The translations under genes were made by a program, and so were the position numbers. Positions 8,074 through 20,326 of a stretch of DNA of 25,204 nt are shown in pieces; within the stretch, counting starts at the first letter, position 1, and every line of letters begins with the position of its first letter. The notes under the pieces were generated by a model. That model had not been told where the DNA came from, made no database searches, and was given only the letters and a program-made list of their open reading frames with translations. Source of the DNA: Archangium sp. (lineage in GTDB: Bacteria; Myxococcota; Myxococcia; Myxococcales; Myxococcaceae); assembly GCA_031367385.1 (NCBI GenBank), contig JANLPS010000448.1, positions 1 through 25,204 on the forward strand. Reading direction: 5' to 3'.

Positions 8074-8541
8074 ATGACGGCTGCTGATGACTTCGTGTTC
8101 GACCTGGCCTCGCTGCACGCGGCGTTCTGCGAGATGGTGCCGCACGCCCGGGCGCTCGGCTTCGAGCTGACCGACATCTCAGCGCACCCCGCGAGCGCGA
8201 TCGTTCGGCTGCCCTGGCACCCGCGGCTGGTCGGCAACCCGCAGACCCGAATGACCCACGGGGGCGCCATCACCACCCTGCTCGACTCGTGCTGCGGCAT
8301 CTCGGTGTTCGCCAAGCTGCAAGCGCCGACGCCCATCGCCACCCTCGACCTGCGCATCGACTCGCTCAAGCCAGCCCTGCCCGACCGCGACCTGTTCGCG
8401 CGCGCCGAGTGCTACCGAGCCACCCGCAACATCGCCTTCGTGAGGGCGGTGGCGTACCAAGACGAGCGCGACCCGGTGGCCTCGGCGGCCGCGACCTTCA
8501 TGCTCTCGACCAAGGGCAGCTTTCAGGGCTACTCGCCGTGA
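8074..8541 (+). CDS. PaaI family (hotdog-fold) thioesterase
   Basis: LVGNP....HGGAITTLLDSCCG, ATLDLRID and TFML. Confidence 0.9.
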   Translation: MTAADDFVFDLASLHAAFCEMVPHARALGFELTDISAHPASAIVRLPWHPRLVGNPQTRMTHGGAITTLLDSCCGISVFAKLQAPTPIATLDLRIDSLKPALPDRDLFARAECYRATRNIAFVRAVAYQDERDPVASAAATFMLSTKGSFQGYSP

Positions 8542-8984
8542 GCGACCGCCTCTTCGAGCACATTCGCGCCGCCCGCAGCTCCGGAGAATGGAACGCACTG
8601 GCCAGCGCGATACCCTACCTGGCGTTTTTGGGCATGCGCCTCGAGGTCACCGACGGCCGCTTGGTGGGCCGCCTGCCCGCCTCGGAGACCACCATCGGCA
8701 ACCCGATGCTCCCCGCGCTGCATGGAGGCGCCATCGCCGCGCTGCTCGAGTCGTCGGCGCACTTCGAGCTGTTCTTCAACGAGGCGACCACCACGCTGCC
8801 GAAGACCATCACCGCGACCTTCGACTACCTGCGCTCGGGGCGGCCGGTCGACACCTTCGTTCATTCGAAGGTCTTCAAGCAGGGGCGACGGGTGTGCACG
8901 GTGCACGCGAGCGCCTGGCAAGACGAGGAGCGCCGGCCGATCGCAACCGCGACGATTCAACTGCTGATTCTGGGTCAAGAATAG
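8538..8984 (+). CDS. PaaI family (hotdog-fold) thioesterase, second of a pair
   Basis: GTGA overlap with the previous gene. IPY..FLG, IGNP.LPALHGGAIAALLE, PKTI...DYLRSGR and GRRV. Confidence 0.9.
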   Translation: MSDRLFEHIRAARSSGEWNALASAIPYLAFLGMRLEVTDGRLVGRLPASETTIGNPMLPALHGGAIAALLESSAHFELFFNEATTTLPKTITATFDYLRSGRPVDTFVHSKVFKQGRRVCTVHASAWQDEERRPIATATIQLLILGQE

Positions 8985-8997
8985 CGGCGTCCGCTCC

Positions 8998-9309
8998 TTA
9001 CTCGAGCACGCACCCGCGCTTGTCATCGACCCAGTGCGCATGCGCGACCCATGAGACGAACGCCGAGGCTTCGACCGTCTTGGCTTTCGCGTCGTAGGAG
9101 AACCGGGCGACGTCGGGCGAAGCCTTGACCCAGGCGGTGCAGAACGCGTCATCCATCTCCATCACGAACTTGCAGGTGCACTCCATCTTCGCGGCGTTGC
9201 CGACGGCGAGCTGCAGGTCGTTGTTGGCGAAGGTCTTGAACTTCGGGTCATCGACCGCGCAGCTGCTGAAGACCACTGCGACCATCACGCTTCGAATGAG
9301 CATCTTCAT
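8998..9309 (-). CDS. Small Cys-containing lipoprotein, partner of the serine hydrolase
   Basis: ATG 9309 overlaps the hydrolase stop (ATGA). Lipobox-like FSSC, then AKMECTCKFV and a terminal GCVL. Confidence 0.7.
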   Translation of the reverse strand: MKMLIRSVMVAVVFSSCAVDDPKFKTFANNDLQLAVGNAAKMECTCKFVMEMDDAFCTAWVKASPDVARFSYDAKAKTVEASAFVSWVAHAHWVDDKRGCVLE

Positions 9310-10523
9310 TTCGCCACCTGAATTGCCAGACCCACCAGCTTGCCGATATCGAAGTTGCACGGCACCCCATTGACCGTCTGGTCAGCGGCGGCGCCGGCCG
9401 GGCAGTCGTTGCGATCATCACCGGTGCGCACGACGACCAGGTCTTCTGAGGGCACGACCGCCACGTACTGACCCCAGTGGCCAATCGCGGTGTACCCATC
9501 GTCGGGCATGTCGGGGTACGGCTTGGCGACTCCGCTGGCCGGTGACTTGTTGAGCCACCACATGTACCCGCTGGGCGTGTCTTCGCAGGGCAGCACGTAG
9601 GTGCCCTCGACCGCAGCATAGGGGCAGCTCCCGCGGTTGGCCTTGAACGCGTCGTTGATGGTCGTCGCGGCCGTGACCCAGCCCTCGGGCAGCAGTCGCT
9701 CGCCAGCCCAGCACCCGTCGTTCAAGTACAGATAGCCCAGCTTCGCGTAGGCGCGCGGGGTGGCGTACACGTACGAGCCTCCGAGCGGAGTGCCCTTCAC
9801 GTCTTCTTCGAACACCGTGCGACTCATGCCAATCTTGTCGAACAGCAACGACCAGAACGCGTCTTTGCCGAACGCCGGAGCCAGCGCAGCCTTCGCCACC
9901 GCCGCCGTGACCGTGGCGTACCCGGTCGAATAAATGAACTGGCTGCCCGGCTTGTACGACTGGCGCTGCGTCAGCACGAAGTCGGCCTGGTCAACGTGGC
10001 CCACGCCGAGCAGCATCGAGATGACCGACGAGCCCTGGTACCCCGAGTTCTCGTACTCTTCTTGCCACTGCAGCCCCATGCCGAAGGTGATGGTGTCTTT
10101 GACGGTGATGTCGCAGACGCCTTTGCCCTCGTACCGGGTGAGGTACTTGCAAATCGAGTCTTCGAGCTTGAGCGCGCCCTTCTGCAACGCGACGCCGATC
10201 AGCGTGCTCGAGATGCTCTTGGCAACCGACCACGAGATGTGGCGATTGCTCGCCGCCCAGCCGCGGGCGTACCGCTCGTACACGATGTTGCCGCCCTTGA
10301 TGATGATGACCGAGTCGGTGCGAATGCCGTTGCGCTCGGCGTCGGTGCCGATGGTGCGAAACGCGTAGTCTTCGAGCGCCTTGACCTGCGTCGACCGGTT
10401 GGTGGTGCCGGTGGCGGGCCAATCAGTGGTCGGCCAGCTGGCGCGGGTCGGGCACGGGGCCGCGAAGGCGCTCGAGGCGACGACCGCGAGACTGAGCGCG
10501 ACGGCGATGAGCGCGGGCTTCAA
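9306..10523 (-). CDS. Secreted serine hydrolase, beta-lactamase/AmpC-like family
   Basis: Signal peptide, SxxK (SVAKS), YST, LGYLYLNDG.W.G.RLLP.GW and GHWGQ...VVPS.DLVVVR. TTG start overlaps the upstream stop. Confidence 0.9.
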   Translation of the reverse strand: MKPALIAVALSLAVVASSAFAAPCPTRASWPTTDWPATGTTNRSTQVKALEDYAFRTIGTDAERNGIRTDSVIIIKGGNIVYERYARGWAASNRHISWSVAKSISSTLIGVALQKGALKLEDSICKYLTRYEGKGVCDITVKDTITFGMGLQWQEEYENSGYQGSSVISMLLGVGHVDQADFVLTQRQSYKPGSQFIYSTGYATVTAAVAKAALAPAFGKDAFWSLLFDKIGMSRTVFEEDVKGTPLGGSYVYATPRAYAKLGYLYLNDGCWAGERLLPEGWVTAATTINDAFKANRGSCPYAAVEGTYVLPCEDTPSGYMWWLNKSPASGVAKPYPDMPDDGYTAIGHWGQYVAVVPSEDLVVVRTGDDRNDCPAGAAADQTVNGVPCNFDIGKLVGLAIQVAK

Positions 10524-11137
10524 AACGCCACCTGCGACAGCGTCACCACGTTCATCTTCGACTCGGTGGGCGAATGGGTATCGAGCTGGGTCACCGCCCC
10601 GACGCTGCGGCCGGCGAGCTGCTGAATGCCGGTGATGGTCAACGACATCGCGAACCCGTCAATCACGCTGAAGAGCATCAGCCCCGCCGGAGCACCGACC
10701 GACAGCCCGAGAAACCCGCCTGCTACCAGCAACGCGCAGTGAATCACCACCGCGCCCAGCCAGGGCAGCCAGAAGCCGGTGTGTTGGCCCTCGGGCAGGT
10801 TGGTGTTCGCCATGATGTACGAGATGAGGGCGGTGATGGTCGGCGCCAGCAGGCCCATGATCAGCAGCGAGGGCACCGCGGTGGCGATGAGGCCGTTGCT
10901 CAGGCCTCCAATGACGCTGGTGAACCACAAGCTCACCGGCACCGCGGCAATACCGACTCCGGCGGTCGCACCGCGCAGCAGCCAGAGCGAAGCGGGGGCC
11001 TTCATCATGCTCGACGCGCTCGGGGCCAGCGACAGGCCGCCCGACGAGACTGGAACATCGGGCGCCAGCAGCCGCGCGCTGTGGGCCGAAGCCACCGGCG
11101 CCATCAGCATCACCATCACCATCATCGATTTGAGCAC
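10520..11137 (-). CDS. Hypothetical membrane protein (signal peptide plus about 4 TM helices)
   Basis: 205-aa hydrophobic ORF whose stop overlaps the hydrolase start. Ends in Phe. Confidence 0.6.
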   Translation of the reverse strand: MLKSMMVMVMLMAPVASAHSARLLAPDVPVSSGGLSLAPSASSMMKAPASLWLLRGATAGVGIAAVPVSLWFTSVIGGLSNGLIATAVPSLLIMGLLAPTITALISYIMANTNLPEGQHTGFWLPWLGAVVIHCALLVAGGFLGLSVGAPAGLMLFSVIDGFAMSLTITGIQQLAGRSVGAVTQLDTHSPTESKMNVVTLSQVAF

Positions 11138-11168
11138 GTGACGAAACCGCCTGTTTTGAGAAGACGAA

Positions 11169-11197
11169 GGGTCGCTTGGCTTTCACCAAAGCGACCC
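11169..11197 (-). terminator. Putative intrinsic terminator of the act-cox operon
   Basis: On the minus strand, GGGTCGCTT...AAGCGACCC forms a 9-bp perfect stem (extendable) followed by TTCGTCTTCT. It begins 26 nt after the subunit IV stop. Confidence 0.6.
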
Positions 11198-11223
11198 GTG
11201 GGTACCTCAAAACCGGAACGTCG

Positions 11224-11565
11224 TCACCAAGGCCCGCGCATCTCTTTGAAGGCCGAGAAGTTCGGGTTCGCCGTGGGCAAGCGAGTCGCTACGTCGCCGA
11301 TGATCAGCGCGATCATCAAAGCCACGAAGAACAAACTGGTCAGAAAGAAGGCCTTGTTCGAGTTGCCGTGGTCAGAGAGGTGCATGAAGAACCAGACGAC
11401 CAAGAACGCCTTGACCGTCGCGATGACCACCGCGAGCGGGGTGTGAAAGACCCCGGTCTCCATGTGACGCGCCGTCCAGAACGTGACGAAGGTGAGCACG
11501 CCCAGCGCGAGCAGAATGCCGAAGTAGAAACCAGTGCCGTGGGCTTTGTGGGTGTCAGAGCTCAT
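11224..11565 (-). CDS. ctaF: caa3-type cytochrome c oxidase subunit IV
   Basis: Y......L..LT..T and IATVKAFLVVWFFMHL motif. Last gene of the oxidase cluster. Confidence 0.85.
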   Translation of the reverse strand: MSSDTHKAHGTGFYFGILLALGVLTFVTFWTARHMETGVFHTPLAVVIATVKAFLVVWFFMHLSDHGNSNKAFFLTSLFFVALMIALIIGDVATRLPTANPNFSAFKEMRGPW

Positions 11566-11578
11566 GCGCGCATCTCTT

Positions 11579-12293
11579 TCAAAGCAGGTACAACATTGGG
11601 TAGACGTAGATCCAGATCAGGTCGACCAGGTGCCAGTACATGCCTGACAGCTCGATCGGTGTGTCGTTGCGGCGGGCGAACTCACCGTTGAACGCGCGCT
11701 TCGCCATCCACCCCAGCAGACCCATGCCGATGAGCACGTGAATGCCGTGCAGGCCGGTGATGAAGAAGTAGAGCGTGAAGAACATCGGCGCGCCGTTGCC
11801 CACGTTGTTCAGGTTGATGTTCGCATCGGCGATGTGCGACATCTTCACCGGGTCGCCCTTCACCCGCGCGATCGATTCAGACAGGTCGTACGAGAAGTAC
11901 GAGCCCGGCAGCAGCCCCTCGTGAATCTTGTGAGTGTACTCGAAGTACTTGATCACCAAGAACACGCCGGCAAAACCGATGGTGGCCAGCAGCCACAAGC
12001 CCACCTGGTTCGACTTGTGCGCCCGCGCCGCCTGCACTGCCAGCACCACGGTGAACGACGACGCCAACAGCACGCCGGTGTTGACCGTGCCCATCACCCA
12101 ATCGAGCTCGACGAAGGCGAGGTAGCGAAAGGTGTCGGTGTACATGAAGCGGTACATGAAGAAGGCGGTGAACAAGCCCGCGAAGAGCAGCACTTCGTTC
12201 ACCAAGAACAGCCACATGCCCATCTGGGCCGCGCGCTTCTCGTGCGCCGCCGAGTTGAAATGCGGGGCGTGGTCGAGCATTCCCGCTGAGGCG

Positions 12294-12301
<8 letters not shown>
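11579..12301 (-). CDS. ctaE: Cytochrome c oxidase subunit III
   Basis: GMWLFL..E..LF, NT.VLL.SS.T, TGLHGIHV..G and YWHLVDLIWI..YP..YL. Confidence 0.95.
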
Positions 12302-13970
<1,669 letters not shown>

Positions 13971-14018
13971 AAAGGTTTGCCTGTCTTTTCTTTTTTCTTG
14001 GGCGTGCCGTGGGGCGCG

Positions 14019-15062
14019 CTATCGGGCGCCGAGCTTGGTGGGCGAATCTTTTTTGAGGGTCTTGATGTACTCGGCAATGGCCGCGGCCTCGCCCGACTGC
14101 AACACGCCCTGGTACGACGGCATCAGCGGCGGGTAGCCCGCGACCAATTGAACCATCGGGTCCATCATCGAGCGGGTCAGGTAGGCCTCGTCGGCGATGA
14201 CCGTCGAGCCGTCGGCGAGCTTGCGCTCTGCGCGGTAGAGGCCGACCCAGCTGGGCCCCAAGGTGGGCGGCAGGAGCGTGTTGGCTTCGTCAATCGAGTG
14301 GCAACGCGCGCACCCTTTTTCGAGGGCCAGCTTGGCGCCTTGGGTGACCATGGTGGCCTGCTGCTCGGTCATGCCGATGTCGATGCGTGAGGCGTAGGTG
14401 TTGCGCTTCACGTCGTCCATCCACGCGTCGTATTCGCGGGTCTCCATCACGACGATGTTGCCGATCATCGCCGAGTGATTGAGGCCGCAGTACTCGGCGC
14501 AGAAGATGGGGTAGGTGCCGGTCTTGGTCGCTTCGAACCAGGCCTCGGTGTAGCGGCCCGGCAGCGCGTCTTGCTTCACCCGCATGGTCGGCGCGAAGAA
14601 GCTGTGAATCACGTCGCGAGAGGTGATCAGCAGCCGCACCGGGCGGCCCACCGGCACCCGCAGGGTGTCGATCATGTTCGGTCCGTCGGGGTAGCTGTAC
14701 TTCCACATCCACTTCTTGCCCATGACGTAGACGTCGATGGCGTCTTTGGGCGGCGTGCGTGACCAGACGAAGTCGTGAAAGCCAAGCGTGAACCACGCCA
14801 TGAAGAGCACGAAGGGCACGGCGATGAAGGCGCCTTCGAGCCACAGCGGTGGGTGAAAGACCTCAGTGACCTGATGGTCTTCTTTGCGGCGATACTTGAT
14901 GTAGAGGCCGATGATCACGCTGGTAATGGCGAAGAACGTCAGCATCGTGACGATGAAGATCTGCCAGTGCAGAAAGTCGATCTTCGGTGCCAAGGTCGAC
15001 GTCTGGGGGGGCAGAAACAGCACGTCATTCATCCACGAGAGAGACTCAATCAGTTCATTCAT
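14019..15062 (-). CDS. ctaC: Cytochrome c oxidase subunit II with fused cytochrome c (caa3)
   Basis: Two TM helices, W.W...YP, DVIHS, CuA motif CAEYCGLNHSAM, and C-terminal CARCH with a distal MP. Confidence 0.95.
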   Translation of the reverse strand: MNELIESLSWMNDVLFLPPQTSTLAPKIDFLHWQIFIVTMLTFFAITSVIIGLYIKYRRKEDHQVTEVFHPPLWLEGAFIAVPFVLFMAWFTLGFHDFVWSRTPPKDAIDVYVMGKKWMWKYSYPDGPNMIDTLRVPVGRPVRLLITSRDVIHSFFAPTMRVKQDALPGRYTEAWFEATKTGTYPIFCAEYCGLNHSAMIGNIVVMETREYDAWMDDVKRNTYASRIDIGMTEQQATMVTQGAKLALEKGCARCHSIDEANTLLPPTLGPSWVGLYRAERKLADGSTVIADEAYLTRSMMDPMVQLVAGYPPLMPSYQGVLQSGEAAAIAEYIKTLKKDSPTKLGAR

Positions 15063-15982
15063 GGCGCAGTTCTCGGAGGCAACGGAGGCGGCTTGCGGCC
15101 GCTCCCGTACTTGTATTCTCGACGCCAGAACACGGTCAGCATCGTGGCGAGGGCAAAGAAGAAGATCAGGGCTCCGCCCTTGAGGTACGCCTGCAACATG
15201 AACTCGTAGCGGCGTGACGCGGGGTCGAAGCGGTAGCAGGTCAGCATGAAGCGGTCGAAGGCGGTGCCGGTCTTGCCGGCCGAGGCCTCGACCAGTGCCA
15301 GCCGGGTGTCTTTGGGAGGAAAGCGAACGCCGTAGATGTAGCGGCTGATGCGGCCGTCGGGCGTGAGCACCATGAACGCGGCAGAGTGCGCATACTGCTT
15401 GATCTCGGCGTCATACTTGTACCGAAACCCGAGCGCCTCGCTGAGCACCCGGCTGGTCGCTTCGTCGCTGACCAAGAACGGCCAGTCGGCGATGCCCGAG
15501 ACGTAGCCCAGGTCGTGAATCAGCTTCAGGCGCTTCTCATTGGCCAGCGCCGGAGTCTCTTTGGGGTCGATGCTGTAGCTGATCAGGTCGTAGTCTTCGC
15601 CAAGCTTCAGGCCCGAGCTCTTCAGCGTCGCGGCGACGCCCTGCAGAATCACGTTACAGAGCGTGGGGCACGAGTAGTACACCGGCGTAATCACCACCGG
15701 GCGCTTGCCGCTCATCAGCTGGCCCAGCGTGACCTTGACGCCGTCTTGGTTGGTGAACTCGAGGTTCTTGGGCACCATCTCGCCCAGGTTCTCGATGATG
15801 GTGACGTCTTTCTCCATCGGTGAAATCGGGCCTTCGGCGCGCGAATCGCCCTTGTCTGAGACGAGCCGGCTGCGGGCCTCGTTACTGGAGCCTGCAGTGA
15901 GCTCCGTCGAACTGGCCGACGCGGCGGTGCCGAGCGCGAGGAGCGCCACGAGCAACGACCGGCTGGCCAAGACGAGCTTCAC
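15059..15982 (-). CDS. sco: SCO1/SenC family copper chaperone
   Basis: Signal peptide, YYSCPTLC (CxxxC), SIDP.ETP, YAH, TPDGRISRY.YG and a C-terminal TM helix. Confidence 0.9.
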   Translation of the reverse strand: MKLVLASRSLLVALLALGTAASASSTELTAGSSNEARSRLVSDKGDSRAEGPISPMEKDVTIIENLGEMVPKNLEFTNQDGVKVTLGQLMSGKRPVVITPVYYSCPTLCNVILQGVAATLKSSGLKLGEDYDLISYSIDPKETPALANEKRLKLIHDLGYVSGIADWPFLVSDEATSRVLSEALGFRYKYDAEIKQYAHSAAFMVLTPDGRISRYIYGVRFPPKDTRLALVEASAGKTGTAFDRFMLTCYRFDPASRRYEFMLQAYLKGGALIFFFALATMLTVFWRREYKYGSGRKPPPLPPRTAP

Positions 15983-16401
15983 GGCTTCTCTCCGCTCAAA
16001 ACCTTCTGCATGCCCTGCTCGATGGGTATGTGCACCTGCTTGGCACCCTGATCAATCCACCCGAATGACGAGAGCCGGTCGAGCGACTTCGCCTTCGCGT
16101 CACGCGCGCGCTGCTCGATGGGTATCTGCCGCTGCTCGACGATGCCGACCTGCGCGCAGCGGTTCTGATCTTCAGCGCAGCCGACCAGAATCGGAGCGGT
16201 GGGAAAATCTCGCTGCGTCATCTTGCCGCCCTGCGCGTCTTGCAGCACGAAGATCGAGAAGGCGACGCCGAGCGCGAAGATGATCAACGCCATCAGCGCG
16301 AGCAAGCCCAAGCCGCCCCAGCCGATGTCTTCGTTGTCTTGCATCTCGATGCCCGGAGGCAACGGTCGGCTCTCTGAGGCGCTGCTGTGTGTATCGCTCA
16401 T
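15979..16401 (-). CDS. actG: ActG-like single-TM subunit of alternative complex III
   Basis: One TM helix and L.SFGWIDQ...VHIPIEQGM. Lies between actF and sco. Confidence 0.6.
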   Translation of the reverse strand: MSDTHSSASESRPLPPGIEMQDNEDIGWGGLGLLALMALIIFALGVAFSIFVLQDAQGGKMTQRDFPTAPILVGCAEDQNRCAQVGIVEQRQIPIEQRARDAKAKSLDRLSSFGWIDQGAKQVHIPIEQGMQKVLSGEKP

Positions 16402-16417
16402 GGTGTGGGTCGATTTC

Positions 16418-17725
16418 TTAGAGCGGGTTGACGTACTTCAACGAGTACTCGAACGTGGGGTCGTTGACCGGCATCGCCAGCTTGCCCCGCATGCGGAAGA
16501 TGACGAACGCCACCGCCAGCCCACCGAGGCCGAAGAACGCAGTCGCGTCTTGCCAGCTCGGGCTCGGGTGCCGAAACTGCGGGTCGACGAAGCGCAGCGA
16601 GGGCATCACCCAGAAGTACATGTCCATGAAGTGAACGAACAAAATCCACACCGCGATGACGGTCAGGTATTTGCGGCTTCGCTTCACGGTCGAAGGCAAG
16701 AGCAGCAAGAAGGGCAGAATGAAGTGGCCCAGCACCAAGAACATCAGCAGGGGAAACCACTTGCCGGCCTCGGGGTCGGGGTGCACGAAGTCTTCGCTGA
16801 ACTGCGAGAGCCCAGCGATGCCGCGCGCGAAGTACCAGGGCGCCTCTTCAGGCAAGTTCGCGTGGTAGATGATGACCAGTTGGCTGTACGAGACGTACGC
16901 CCAGAAGCAGATGAAGCCGAACATGAGCTTCCCCAGCGCATGCAGGTGGTGCCCGGTCGCCCGCGTCGAGTGCAGCGTCGAGTCCATCGGCACGGTGGTT
17001 GACAGAGTCACCAGCGCAAAACAGGCAACGAAGCTCCCGGCAAAGTAGATCACGCCGATCATCGCCGAGGTCCACTCCGGCTCGAGCGACATCATCCAGT
17101 CGATGGCGGCGATGGTGAAGGCGAAGCCGATGAAGAGCATCGCTCCCGAGGCCAAGGCGCGTGACTTGGCGCGCAAGGTCTCATCGGGGGCCTTGCCGTC
17201 TTGGTCGAGCGACCACTTGTTGTAGAGAAACGCGACCACGCCCAAGAAGGCGAAGACCACCGCGGCGCGAATGCCGAAGAAGCTCGAGCTGAGCCAAACG
17301 CTCTTGCCGCTGTGGCCGTGCATCAAGTGCGCGAAGTGCTCGGTGAGGCGCGCGCGAATCTCGGGCCGGTCTTCGGCGCCGTGCTCGAAATACGTCCACA
17401 CGAAGAGGTACTTGCGAAAAACGAAGATGGGTATGAACAGCAGCGCCGCCGGCCACACGAAGGTCGACATGCTCTCCATCGGGCGACGCAGCACGGTCAT
17501 CCACCCGGCTGAGACGGCGTGAAAGATGCTCAGCATCACGATCGCGGCGACGGCGATGCCCGTCCAATACAGAAAGGCGACCAGGTACGAAGGCATCGCG
17601 CGCTCGACGCCGCCAGCGAAGGTCAGGCCGGTCAGCACCAGGCCGAGAATGCCGGCACCGGCCATCAGCTTCTGGCCGCCGTTGAACGGCAGGGTTTGGG
17701 CCTGCCCTGAAGTGGGGGTGCTCAC
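16418..17725 (-). CDS. actF: Alternative complex III subunit ActF
   Basis: Multi-TM protein with GW...LRRP.E, DW.MSLEP.W.S, LGKLMF.F..FWAY..YSQ and ANLPEE..WY. Confidence 0.9.
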   Translation of the reverse strand: MSTPTSGQAQTLPFNGGQKLMAGAGILGLVLTGLTFAGGVERAMPSYLVAFLYWTGIAVAAIVMLSIFHAVSAGWMTVLRRPMESMSTFVWPAALLFIPIFVFRKYLFVWTYFEHGAEDRPEIRARLTEHFAHLMHGHSGKSVWLSSSFFGIRAAVVFAFLGVVAFLYNKWSLDQDGKAPDETLRAKSRALASGAMLFIGFAFTIAAIDWMMSLEPEWTSAMIGVIYFAGSFVACFALVTLSTTVPMDSTLHSTRATGHHLHALGKLMFGFICFWAYVSYSQLVIIYHANLPEEAPWYFARGIAGLSQFSEDFVHPDPEAGKWFPLLMFLVLGHFILPFLLLLPSTVKRSRKYLTVIAVWILFVHFMDMYFWVMPSLRFVDPQFRHPSPSWQDATAFFGLGGLAVAFVIFRMRGKLAMPVNDPTFEYSLKYVNPL

Positions 17726-18351
17726 AGGTGCTCCTTGTGCTCGGGCGATTCGACCGAGGTGCTGCGCTCGACGGCCTGCTTCTCTGCGTCAGTCAGCTTG
17801 TCGTACGCGTACCGCTGGCTCACCTGGAGCGCGCGCACGTACGCCACGATGGCCCAGCGCTCTTCTTGCGGTATCTCGGTGAACGCCGGCATGTAACCGA
17901 AGCCCTTCGAGATCGCGTTGTAGTAGTAGAGGTCGGGCTTCTGGCGCAGGCGGTCTTGGTGCCAGCTGGGCGCGGGGTTGAGCGAGAAGTTCGTCGTCAC
18001 AATGCTGCCGGTCTCTTTGATGCCCTTGGCCTGCCAGTCGGCCTCGCCGGTCATGCCGTGGCAGGTGGCGCAAACGATGTCGTACTTGTGCTTGCCCTTC
18101 TGAAGCAGCGCCAGCGTCACCGCGGGAGCAGCCTCGTCGAGGTCGAGCCGCTGCTCGCGCGCGACCGTGCCCTCGACGGGTGGCCGCATCGCCCGGCCAT
18201 TGCTGAACATGTCTGAGAGCGTGTACGGCTTGACCTTCTTCTGCTCGTACATGCGAAAGAGCGGCACGCCCAGAAGGTGATCGTGGTCTGAGCAGCCCGA
18301 GGTGAAAGCCAGGGCGACGGCGATCAGCGCCGTGGCGAGTGCGCGATTCAT
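17722..18351 (-). CDS. actE: Alternative complex III monoheme cytochrome c lipoprotein ActE
   Basis: ATG 18351 overlaps the actD stop. Lipobox TSGC, MR.PV.GTVAR, CATCH, G.G.MP and RWAIVAYVRALQ. Confidence 0.9.
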   Translation of the reverse strand: MNRALATALIAVALAFTSGCSDHDHLLGVPLFRMYEQKKVKPYTLSDMFSNGRAMRPPVEGTVAREQRLDLDEAAPAVTLALLQKGKHKYDIVCATCHGMTGEADWQAKGIKETGSIVTTNFSLNPAPSWHQDRLRQKPDLYYYNAISKGFGYMPAFTEIPQEERWAIVAYVRALQVSQRYAYDKLTDAEKQAVERSTSVESPEHKEHL

Positions 18352-18919
18352 GCTTCCTCCGCGTCTTCGACGACCGAGACGTTCTTGGCCCCGAGCGACT
18401 CGAGCCGCGAGCGAACCGCTTCGACCTTTTCGTGCGCATCGAGCGTCACCGAGACCCACCAGCCCGAGGTCGACGCCGTCTTGACGAAGGCTTCGCTCTC
18501 GAACACCGGGTGATGCGGCCGGGGAAAACCCCAGAAGTAGACGATCAAGCTGCCGACGATGCTCAAGCCCGAGAGCAGCACCATCAATTCGAAGGTCACC
18601 GGCACGTACACCGGCGGTGCGTGCGGAGGCCGGTTGGCGATGTTCACCGCGTAGCCGTGCCAGGTGTTGAAGTAGTTGAAGTAGAGCTGCAGGGCCCAGG
18701 CCCCGACCGCACCGGTGAGGCCTCCGGCGAAGGCGACGTAGGTCACTTTGCTGCGGGCCACGCCCAGGGCCTCTTCGATGCCCGGCACCGGGTACGCGGT
18801 GTAGGTGTCGAGCTCGCCGGCCTTTTCTTGGCGCAGCGTGGTGGTACCAGAGAGAAGCGCGTCGGAGTCGTTGAACTCTCCGAGCACCCAGTACTGCGTC
18901 TTTGCGGCCGCGGCTGACA

Positions 18920-18920
<1 letters not shown>
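18348..18920 (-). CDS. actD: Alternative complex III subunit ActD (DUF3341)
   Basis: GEF, D.YT.YPV.G.EEALG, two TM helices and PVTFELMVL. Confidence 0.9.

Positions 18921-20322
<1,402 letters not shown>

Positions 20323-20326
<4 letters not shown>

Noticed and set aside
11101..11127. CATCAC/CATCAT micro-repeat (His-run on the plus strand)
   Set aside because: It is the antisense of the Met/Val-rich signal peptide MMVMVMLM.
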